Positions 1 to 12,000 of a DNA stretch of 64,000 bases are shown here, piece after piece. The notes under the pieces were generated by a model. The model had not been told where the DNA came from. It was given only the letters and a program-made list of their open reading frames with translations, and ran no database searches. The stretch spans positions 186,001-250,000 of the forward strand of contig JAUFOR010000004.1 in assembly GCA_040285745.1 (NCBI GenBank). Direction: 5' to 3'. The stretch's first letter is position 1. Every line of letters begins with the position of its first letter. The position numbers and the translations under genes were made by a program. Source of the DNA: Barthelona sp. PCE (Eukaryota).

Positions 1-3000
1 CAGGTAAAATCACTGGTGATATGGTTGTATCAGCTCCCTTGGTTGATCTCGGCTCTGGTTCATACAACCCTGTATTCATTGGTAGCGGTTCTATCGAAGC
101 TGAGGTGTTAGGCTTCAACCGTGCTTCCGTCTCAATTGCTAATTGGGAGATTCTTGTTCTCAACGAGACCTCATTCGACAGCCAGACTCTCACTGTCAGC
201 AGCCTGTTCACACTTGGTGCTGATTGTGTTGTCAGTGTGACTGACACATGCGACTTACGTGGACCTGATAACACCAAGCTGGTGTATAAGAATCTCGGTT
301 CTTTCACACTTGATGGTGCTTTCACCGCGTACATTGATGGATTCCATAATCTCAAGACTTTCGATATGATTAACGGTGTTACACTTGTTCCTCTTTCTTT
401 CACGAACTCAAAGACACTTACTGTTGATGCCACGAGTACAATTAATATGAACTCCTATTCAGGACAGAACGTCAAGTTCAGCAACGTTTGGGGTTCTGTG
501 CTCATCACTGACGGTGCCATTGAGATGGTTCATGCTAACACCGTATTTGATCTCCAAGGTTCTCTCACCATTCAGGGTGTTGGAAGCGTGTCTGTGCAAG
601 CTGGTGAACTCAATATCTTTGATTCCAGCTCAATTACCCAGAACTCACCAATTGTTGTTCACAGTACTGGTGATATCATTGTTCCTTGGACCGATCAAAC
701 TGTCAATCTTGGTGACATCACTGTCAATTCAGGCGGTACACTCCGTATGAATGCCGATGCTACAGTTGACAACCTTATTGTTGAGAACGGTCAGATCTAC
801 ATCAATACAACGTTCTCTGTTGTTTCTTCTGGAGATCTCCGTGCTGACGCTATTCTGACAGGCCCTGGTAAGTGGCATTCGGATGCTTCCGTCTCAGTTA
901 CGGCTGATCCGGTTCACCTTCGCGTTCCTCTCGTCATTGGTGACGGTGCTTCACTCACTGTTGAGCCTTCAGGCCACCTGATGCTCGAGGTGAATGCTGC
1001 CATCGAAAATCCCGACGCTGACTTTGTGAATAATGGTACCATCACGTCCATTGCTCACACCACGCAATCAACCTACAATATCTCATCATTGGTTCAGGCC
1101 AATGGTGCGCTCAACGTACATGGCGACATTCGCGTTTGTAACCTGGATATTGAAGGTGGTACAATTACGCTTGTTGGCGATCTCAATCCCTATTGTAACC
1201 TCAACATGCGTGGTGGTATCCTCTTAGGTGCTGGTCAGATCAGAGGTCCGTTCGAGTTCGCAGTTGTCGGTGGTAAGTACTTCGCAGTCGCCACCAAGTT
1301 TTATCTTGAAACTGGTGCTGTTGCATATGTTGAGGATGGTGTTCTTGACTGTCAAGAGGGCTTTGAGCTCCGTACAGAAGATGCCTCTACACCTCTTCGT
1401 ATCACTGGTCCAAACGGTGTGATTACATTCACACCCAAGACTGATCCTACTGAGGAGTTCATCATTGATACAATCGAGCAGCTTGATGGTACTCTTGATA
1501 TCGCTGCACCTCTGCGTGTGTCGAAGCTTCTTGAGTCCAAGGGTGGTGCAGTTAACATCACATCCGAGCTCGTTATTGAATCTGACTTTACTCTTGATGG
1601 CGCTTCTATGACAGGTGTTGGTGGTGGTAAGTGGACTGTTGAGTCTGCTGCTAAGGCTACCATCATCTCCGGTTCTTTTGATGGTCCTTTCGACACAAAC
1701 ATTGAAGGCCTCGTAGAAATGAAGGGTACTCTCAATATCAATCAGCCATTCAACTTAACAGTTAGTCCTGGTACGTTCTCAGTTTTGTATGGAACTATTT
1801 CCTCACACTCTGCTGGAGTCAACTTTATAGTTGCTTCTGGTGGTGAGCTTCTCACTAATAACTACCAAGATCTTCTGTTCCAAACCGATAACGACGATTC
1901 ACATCTTGTTGTCGAAGTTGGCGGTAAGTGGTCCCTCAACTCCATTCGTAAGACTGTAGTCAAGTGGCCCACGCTCATTGAGGGTGAAGTGAACTGTTAC
2001 GGCTCCAAACTCTCATTCGAAAGCGACAGTATGACGACAGGTGATTGGTACATCAACAAGGACTGTGTCATCGAGCTCAAGTCTGGTGAACATAACGTCA
2101 CTGACACGGGCAGATTCATTGGTAACGGAACTGTTGAATTATCTTCGATCTTTAACCTCAACGGTACCAATGACCTGAACGATGCCACACGTGGCTTCTT
2201 CATTAAGAACGGTGTGTTTAACCTGTACACAAGCTCATCTTGTCCTGGTGTTATCCAACAGAACGGTGGTACGCTTGACTTTGAGGCAAAAACTGATCCA
2301 TATCACGTTGGAACTCTCATTCTGAGTAACGGTGCCGTTTTCACAAACACAGAAGATGTTATCATTGATTCTGCACTTAAGTTGTATGACGCAACGCTTC
2401 ATCTCATAAAGAACATGATTGTCAATGCGTCATTCCTTGTACAGGACGGAACAATTGAGAACATTGGAACTCTTTCAGTATACAAGGGTATGATTTGGAA
2501 CAACGGTATTATTTCCGGTTCCGCCATCACACTCAACATTTCTTCAGACGTTTCATTCTCTGGAGTCATGACTTTGAACGATGCGCCAACAATCAACCTC
2601 ATTGAGGGTACTTGGTTCCATTCATCCGGTGTTATTAACGTCGGTGCAGGCTCTGTGTTTAACGTCTATGAGAACGCTACATTCGCATTAGGTACTATCA
2701 CAACGTACGTAATGGCGGGAATCAACCATAACTTCAATGTTTACGGTGAACTGCTCGTTCAAACTACTGGCACTTTCCAACTAAAGTGGAAGATGAACCT
2801 CAAGCCAACTGGTAAGATTTTGTGTGACACTGGCCGTCTGCTCTTGTCAACAGACTCTGTACACAATGGTACGTGGGAGGTCACGAGCGACTGTGACATC
2901 GCATTCATCAGCGGTGAGCACAAGCTTAACCCTTCACTACACGTGTTTGGTGGTGGTCTTGTTGAGACAATCGCTGCCACGATCCACGTCTACACAGATG

Positions 3001-6000
3001 TGAATCTTGAGACACGCGGCTTCTTGATCAATGATACGTTTGCTGACGTCTACGTTTACGCTGATGCTGGATTCTCTGGTGTTCTTACGTTAAAGAAGGG
3101 TGATATTCAGGCCGTCGAAGGCAACATTACTGTTGGAACATTCGACTGTCTGGACGGAAAGGTGCAGCAATCAGCTGTTAACCCCACTACAATCATCACG
3201 CAGGGCAACGTTCTTGTCGATGGATGTCACTGGAAGGTACCACCAATCAGTACTCTCATGATCAACAGTACTCTGCATAACCATGAGGATATTTCTGATA
3301 ACGGTCTCATTCATGTACTTCCTGACGGTGTGGCTTTCTACCACGTTACTAGTTTCGAAAACCCTGTTCTCGTTGATGGAATTTTCAACCTGCCTTCAGG
3401 TGAAGTCTCGCTGGATTCAACATTCACAATCAATCCGCAAGGTACACTCTTCCTGTCCGACAATGCAGTTCTCACTGCATCGTTCGCTGGTCTATTCAAC
3501 TCCTTCGGTACCGTGTCTGTTTACAGTGGTGGTGTTGCTCTTCTTCAAGACTTGTACGTTGGCGGTTTTATTAACCTCCCCAACAACGCAAACCTAACAA
3601 TTGTCAACACTGAGCTCGTCGACTGTAACGTCAACATGACTTCCAATGGTTACTTGCTGGTTGACATTGGCGTTGATAACGCTATTCGTGATTCGAACTT
3701 TACAGGTGGTAACGTTGTGTTTACTACAACTGACTCTGATCTGCAAGCTCGTCTCGGTGGAATCAACTCTACAAACACGCTTTGGACAATTTATGGTGGT
3801 AGCGTTCTTCTTGATGATTCATTCATCGATGTTAATGTTCTCGATCCTGTTTTCCGCGTGTATGGAGGTTCACTTCGTCTCTCGTTTATCAGCGCAGATA
3901 CTCATCAGATCGGTACACTTCTCATTGATGGTGGTTCCGTTGAGATTGATCATCCGACCGAAATCATTGGTAATGCCACTCTATATTCTGGTGACATTGG
4001 TGGTTCTTCACAATTGAACGTGTCAGGTCTCATCTGGCACGGTGGTTCCCTTAATCTAGTCGCTCCTATCTATGCTATTGACTTGATGGATATTGACGTT
4101 GTAGGGTTCCCTATTAACCTTGAAGGTCTGACCTTCTACAACTTGGGTGACTGTGTTTGGTCTAACGGTAACGTTACAGCATCCACCGGTCGTCTCTACA
4201 ACTACGGTAACTTCACACTACTTGCTGATAACTCACAGTTCGTCCTGGACGAAGAAACGCCACAAACGCGTTTCATTAACTTTGGTAACCTCATCAAGAC
4301 ATCATCCACTATCACACAAATTGAAGGCCTCCGCAACGAAGGTAACATTACTGTGTTAGAGGGACGTCTCTCGCTTTCCAAGCTTTCAGAGGTCAACAAC
4401 GGTAATATTAACATCTACAACTCCGGTTCACTCGCTTTCGAGGGTGGTGAGCATATTCTGCAAGCCGATATTGGTGGTGACACTTCCGGTTATGTAGTTA
4501 CGTCAGGTGAACATACCAGTCTTACTGTGCGTGGCTCACTTGATATTAGCTCTATCACTGCAGAGTCAGGTACTACATATGTTGAACATGACGGTGCGAC
4601 CACGAACCCGAACATGAATGTCACCATTCTTGATGGTGTTCTTTACATGTCTCCTTCTGGCAGTGCTTCTACACCAGGTAAGATTAACACTCTCAAAGTG
4701 TTTGGAGGTGAGGCTATTGTCTCTGGAACCACGTTAGCAAAGCGTGTCGAAATTGATGATGGTACTCTCCGAATTACATCAGAACTTGGTGTTGACGATG
4801 ACGTTGTATTACTCAAGGGAGATGTTGTTGGAAACGGTACCCTCAACGGTACTTGCTCCATTGATGCATCCAACCCCATCTCTGAGGAGCTCGTCAGTCT
4901 CTCAATGAATGTTGAGTGTGGCGGTAACCTCATTGTTGGTAAGAACGGGCCAGTCATTCTTGACTTGCATGAACCGTTCACACACCAAACCACTGGTCTT
5001 TTCCAGGTAGAATCCGGCTCAACTGTCAACATCAAGGCTCCCGCATCAAGCGGCTTCGAATACGAGGTTGGAAACATCATCCTTCAGGATGGTCTCATCA
5101 ACGTTGAGGAAGGCATGTACAATGTCGTTCTCAGATCAAGCTCCATGACAGTCAACAACGCCAATGCAAACATGTACTTTGCCAGAGATGGTACGATCAG
5201 TGCTGACGTTACACAACTGCTCACATGCGATACAATTACTGGTGATGGTATCATTGCTGCTGACGATCTCCTTATGACTGAGTGTGATATTTCCGGTTCT
5301 GTGCTGGTTGACACACGCCTTCTTGAGATTGATGGTACACCGAGTATGTACGACTCCTCCCGCCTTGATGCAGAGGATGCTACATTCACAAACGGTATTC
5401 TCTCCCTGTCCAGCTCAGCTGTCCTTTCTATTGAGAACAGCGGAACGTTTACTAACAACGACTTCTCCATTACTGCAGATGGTGATAACTTCGTATATAA
5501 CTACGGTACAATCACCATACCGTCAACGAACAACAACGTTCGCATTGACCGCGTTGAGAACTACGGTGTTCTGACACATGATGGCAACTCCCTCGTTCTA
5601 CGTGGCGGTTCCTTCACCAACGGAACACTCACTGTACAGGGACCGATTACATTCGATATCGGTACCCACATCATCTACGGCGCTGGTGTTACCTTCACAA
5701 TGGCTGATGCCGTTACGATCGAAGGTACATTACGTCTTGATCAGTGTGACGTTGCTCTATCCAATGTTATCAGCTTCGGAAGCGCAACTGCTACCTTGCA
5801 ACTCGCCAACGGCGCCTATCTACACAACATTGCTTCTACGCTGGATATCACAAACGGTATCTTCAGCTTCAAGGGTTCTGTTGAATCAACGATTGATGAA
5901 CTCGCCATCTTTGGTGGTGGTAAGGTCGAACTTGAGGCCGGTTCATACGGTCACATCACACGTCTCGATCTCTACGACGAGCTTAAGTCCAACGGTCAGC

Positions 6001-9000
6001 TCAGAGTAGACACTCTCCGCTGGTACGCTGGCTCTCTGACTGCAGAGGGAACAACTATCGTTGAAAGTGACCTTGAGTTTGGAAATGGTGTTAAGGATAT
6101 TAAGCAGGATCACCGTCTTGCGATCAATATGACAACATATGATTGGAACGCAGGCACATTCAGTATCTATGACGATGCTCAGTTCATTGTTGGCTCTGAA
6201 TGCACGCTCAATATTGGACAGGCTGTTACTCTCTCAATGGACAGCGATTCTCAATTCGTTGTTGAGGGTAACCTCAACATGAACACTGTCAATGACGTTG
6301 TAATCCCTACAATGAGTGTCGATTCAGATTCAACAGTTGACGTTTCGAAGGGAACGCTCATTATTGGTCATGGATCATCCATCTATGGTACACTTTCAGT
6401 TACCAGCAGTGGTCACCTCATCCTCAAGAACAGCATCAAAATGAACGAGGACGCAAGCATCTCTGTTGCTTCCGGCGCCGGCTTCACACTCATGACCGCT
6501 ACCGTCGAACTCAACGAGCGTTCATCACTCACAGTTTCATCCATCCATCTGGCTGGATCAACACTGCGTATCTTGGACAACAGTACTGTCACAACAACTT
6601 CAATCGAGACCGACTCTGGTTCAAACTCCATTGAAGGATCAGACATGCTCAGCGTCACATCCTTAACGATGAACGCAAATCTTATCCTCCGTACGCTCAG
6701 AGTAGTCGTCACTGATACATTCACATGGAACAGTGGCAACATTCAACTGTATGACGGTGCTGTGCTTGTGCTACCCACTGGCTCAACTTTCGAGGACAAA
6801 TCCGACGGAGTCATCATGCAGTCAGCAACTAACCCTGGTATGTTTATCATTGAGGGTGAATATATTAAGAGCAGCGGTACCTCAACTATCTCTTCTCGAG
6901 GTATAGTTAACGGCACGATCGATATCAGCGGCGGATCAATCAGGATTGACGCCGATACTGAAGGCGGTCTGGATGTTCAGGGTCCTCTGACAATGAGCTC
7001 CTCCGCTTCCATCAACGTTGTTGCCGGTTGGTTTAACATGACTGACACTGCCGCACTTCTGGGTAATGTTCAGACTTCTGGTGAAGACGCACGTCTATAT
7101 GTCAATGGTCGCATCTCTCTCAGCAACCCACTTATGGTCAACTTTGGCCGATTCATTATTGATTCTTCCGCAATCATCGATACAAGTGGTGTTGACGCTG
7201 TTACTGTTAATGTTGACTTCTGTGCTGACCTTGGTCTTAGCTACGAGACAAAATCTTCCTCAACCGAGTGGTATTACTACTGCGAGGAACAGGGTGTACA
7301 CGTTGTCAACTACCATCCCAGCACTAATTCATACGGCAAGCCGTACATTGGTGCTATGAAGCTCATGAAGGGTGCCGCCCACTTCCACACCGATGCAATC
7401 ATCGGAGAGCTCACGCTCGGTGGAACCGGTCACATACATATTCCTGTGCGCACGACTAACGTGACAAATAACATTGCTACTGGCGGCTTCACTGATCTCA
7501 CCAATGGTCTCTTCTTCAGAAACACCGGTGAGGGTCATTTTGTAGGTCGCGGTACAATCACTCTTAACCACGGTTACTGTAAGCCTGACGAATGCTTCTG
7601 TAACTACGGCTTCGAGGGAGAGACCTGTTCTCAGGACTGTTCTTCGTACACTGTTGACACTGATTGTGTTTCTCATCAGTTCTGCGGTTGGTGCAAGTCG
7701 TCCGACACTTGTCTCGTTGCTAGTATCACCACAGGTACTCCACTAGTTGATACTTGCGAGGAGTTCTACTATGGTACTATCGAGCACTGTGATGGTGTGT
7801 TAGAGGCATGGCCCGCCAACCCTGTCAGTCCAGATATGATCTTTGGCTTCTCCAACTCGAAGCAGAAGTTCATGTTCACGATCGACTACAACTACATCCG
7901 TGGTGGCGTCACTTTCGTGGCGGATATGACCTCATACGACCCCTCACGTGATATCTTTGTTCCCAATGTGTGTGAAAACCGTGATGCGAACACACTTCGT
8001 CACCATGCTTACAGCGACTTTGATACAACTGCTCCTCATGCCAGTATTTCACAGGCTGTTGGCTCCAATTATATTGCCTACCCATCAGGTGGCAGTTTCT
8101 GGAGTCTTACTAACAGATCTTGCTCTGAAACTCGATATAGTGCGCAGTTTAGTTTCTCTGATATCTTTGGTTGTGTGGACACATCTTCTAGTTCTGTTTC
8201 ACCTCTCATTGCTGAGAAGGTAAATAACAACACAGGTTTCTTCAGTGTTTATGGTACTATGTACTTTACTGGTATTGATCCCCGTTCTGGATTGGACGAT
8301 GTTATTAAGGGTACATGGTCTCGACCATTCACTTACCAGTTCAACCTGGGTGGTCGTGGCGTTGAGTTACAAGAGTGCTCAATGGAAACAGATGACTGTA
8401 ATGTCATTAACGACTTTACAAGCAACTACAAGTTCTCTAACGCTTCAATTCAAACCATATATATGAACAATGTTAACGGATCAGATTACCTTACACTGTC
8501 TATCGTTATTGATACAGTTGCAGATGATGCACAGAGACGTTACCGCTTGAAGGAGTTCGAATCACCATCTGGTCTCGATTTCTCAGTTGATATGGATCAT
8601 CTTGGACGCGTTGACTATCAGCGCTGGACGATCAATATGAACGTTTCAGCTTCTGACAATATCACTCATCCTTATGAGTTTGTTGGAACATACGGTCTTG
8701 CATTCTACATTCAGACCAAGTGTATTACAATTGCGCAATGCGAGGATCTTCAGTCTGATCTGTACCTCAAGTTCAAATTCAACATGCGCGCAATCAAGAT
8801 GCCAACCTTTGATTCAGTAGCTGATGAGGGTACAGGTATCATTTTCTACCAACAGTCTATTCTGGGTCACACCTCATCTGTTAACATGCTTGACAGTAAC
8901 GTCGGACCTTATGAGGCTGATAAGCTGATCAATGCAAAGATCTTTACATTGCTGGATCCCATATCGAACATGTTGACGGATAACGCCCGTGTTGAGATGA

Positions 9001-12000
9001 CCATTGTCAATGTTACTATGTGTTTTGCTGATGATGATTACCTACCCGCTTACGATGCATCTGGTTCACAGGGTTGCTTCGACGCATCTGAATACACCAG
9101 AATTATTTCTGATGGTTCTGTCGTTGCCTCTGACATCTATGCACCATCAATGTTCACGATTGATGGTCTTTCACCAAGTGCTACTGTAAGCATGAGTAAC
9201 ATCGATGATACGAGCGCTCTTGGTAAGGTCTTGCGCTTCAAGATCCCTGAAATCCCGTACAGTGACATTCTTTATGTCGACGTTGGTGTTGAACTTGAAA
9301 TCACAACAGGTTCTACTCAGACTGTCAACCATCATATCATCAGTGGTATTCACGTGGAAGGAAAGACGATCATTCGACAGTCTACCCCGACCAAACCTGA
9401 TGACTCCTCTGTCATGACTATTCTTTTAGTCGTACTTGTACTCATGATGTTGACTGTTCTGGCCTATGTATTTGTCATTCGTCCCAGACGAAAGAGAAAG
9501 CTTCTCACCGGAACAAAGAACGGTACTGATGTCGCAGCTATGCTTGATACAATCAAGAATCAGCCAGAGGACGAAATTGCTTCGGATGCTGAACGTCAGA
9601 TGAAGTCAAGCGTTTCTCTCAAGGAGCTACTTACTGTAGCTAGCTCTGTTGGTCGTCTTCAGGCTTCTCGTTCTGTTGCCAACATGACTCGTGCCAAGGC
9701 CATGCGTCTTGCTGAGCAGCAAGAGGAACGCGCTAAGTCCGGTGATCCACGTTTCAAACGTCTTTACAGTCAGCTCGGATTCGGTACACCCGGAGACGAC
9801 GACTATCTCGACCAGACACTGGAGGATAGCATTGAGGGACAGGAGATCGCTAAGGATATCCTCGAATCGCATGAGTTCCCGAACATGCCATCTGTGGCCG
9901 ACCTTAATGTTTCTGAATCTACTGTATTCAACGTTCTTGACGATCCTGAAGCAAACTTGCCTCAGATTATTGATGGAGACGACAAGAAGAAGAAGAAGAA
10001 ACGTCGTAAGAAGAAGGGTCGTACAACAATTCTCCCTCAGCTTTCAACATTCGATAATGATGGAAACAGTGGTCAGGATCTTTTCCAGGAGCTGTTCGAT
10101 CCTTCTTCAAAGATTGAGGATGAAGACGATGACGTTGATAGCTATATCAATACTGATTTTGCTGAAATCATCAAGAAGGTAGTTGACGCTCATGAATTGG
10201 GCGATAGTATCACACTTGAACCCCACGAGCTTCGCTCTGTGTGCCGTATGTGTATCACAATTTCACCTTACGCTTTCCGTGATGAGGAGGCTCAGTTGAT
10301 CGAAAACCTTGCCGACGCATGGCACGAAGGACGTTCTGAGTACGTAGAATTCAATGACGTTTCAGCCCTAGCAATGTTCATTGCTGTTGATGAAGGTCTT
10401 CCTTTCGCCAAGGATTCAGACAAGGTCGTTGCTAAGCTCAGCCTTGGTCTCACATTCTCAATCAGAAACGCTTCCACAGTTGTTCTCACACCTGTGGAAG
10501 TTGATCTACTGACACAGGCAGTCAACTCTACTCCTATGAGCCGTTTCACAACTCAGGATTGTGAAATTGCAGCCAGACTGGCCAGATCAAGCTTCGCCAA
10601 CATTGAACTGGAGCTCGATTCGTCAGAGGCCGAACGCATTATCCGTATTCTTCGCTTTACGCGTATCTACGGTTATGATGTTCACGATCCTTCTGTTGAT
10701 AAGTTGCGTAACATGTTACATGACAACGCTACTATTCATCATCGCAACACTACCCTTTCACCCGTTGAAACTGAGCGACTTGCCATTGTCCTTTCAAAGG
10801 TTCCTATCGATGGTCTCAAGCCCAAACAAGCACGTGCTGTTACCGAACTGATCAAGGCCCGCAACTCCGGTGCCCCAGTTTCACTCGGACCCAAGCGTGC
10901 CTACCGTGTTGCCTCTGCTATCAAGATGATCATAGAGCAACCTTCCCTGGTCACACAGGGATCTATGATGCGCATGGACTCTTCAGTTGGTCTTATTGGT
11001 CACGGCGCCTCACGCTCATCGTTGAGTTCTGCCGGTTCTATGAGCAACGTGCGCTCCTCTGCCGCCCTGTCTCCTCTTGCTCGCTCTGCGTCAATGATGC
11101 TGACAGGTACAGTCAAGGCTAAGCAGCTTCTCAGGAAGCAGCGTAAGCGTCGCAGCGGATCAGCCACATCACGCGGCTCTACCAGTTCGATCGACTCACT
11201 AGTCACTGATCCTCTGGCTGAGCTTAAGGAGAAGCTTACCAAATACGTCACTCGTATGCAAGCTGCTACTCTCCCCACCAATGATGTTGACGCTCTTGTC
11301 CGCGCCTTTGAATCAATGGTTTCCAACGATCTGAATGCCGAACAAGTTGACGTCATTCAGAAACTCGTCAGCATTCAAGACAGTGGAGCACCTCAGATCT
11401 TCTCAGTTCGTGAGATGCAGGCAATATTGAACGTTGTTGAAGGCTCAACATTCTCTGCTGATGCTTTCAACTACGTTTACACCGAGCAATTTGAGGTACC
11501 TACCGCGATGGACCGCTCCGAGCTACCGTTCGTGCATAGCTTCCTTCAAACTTTGGACAAGAGCACCTTCAACGCAAACGAAGTTGAAGTGTTCGACGAG
11601 GTTACCAGCGAGTATTGGTCGAGCAACAGTGGCGCTGTTAACTTCACGACTCGCCAATCTAATGCACTCTCTCATCTACTCAACCGTGTTTCCGGTGTAG
11701 GTGAGACAATTGTTAAGAAGCTGCGCAATGAGACAGCTGAAGGACTCAACGTCGAATTGACGAATGAAGAACAGTTCATCATCACGAGTGTAGTCCCCAT
11801 TGATAAGCTTCAAAAGAGCGATGGCTTGAGCCCTAAGGAGAAGGCTATACTTATCCGACTCAACTCAGCCGCCAAGACAAGTGAAGAACTCTCGTTCAAC
11901 CCTGTCCAGGCTGAAATTGTTGGCCGTTTGCTCCGCGACGCCACACTTCCTCGCCGTCTCAAGTCTGTTGTTCTTGATTTCTCAGCTTCAAAGCTCGTTG

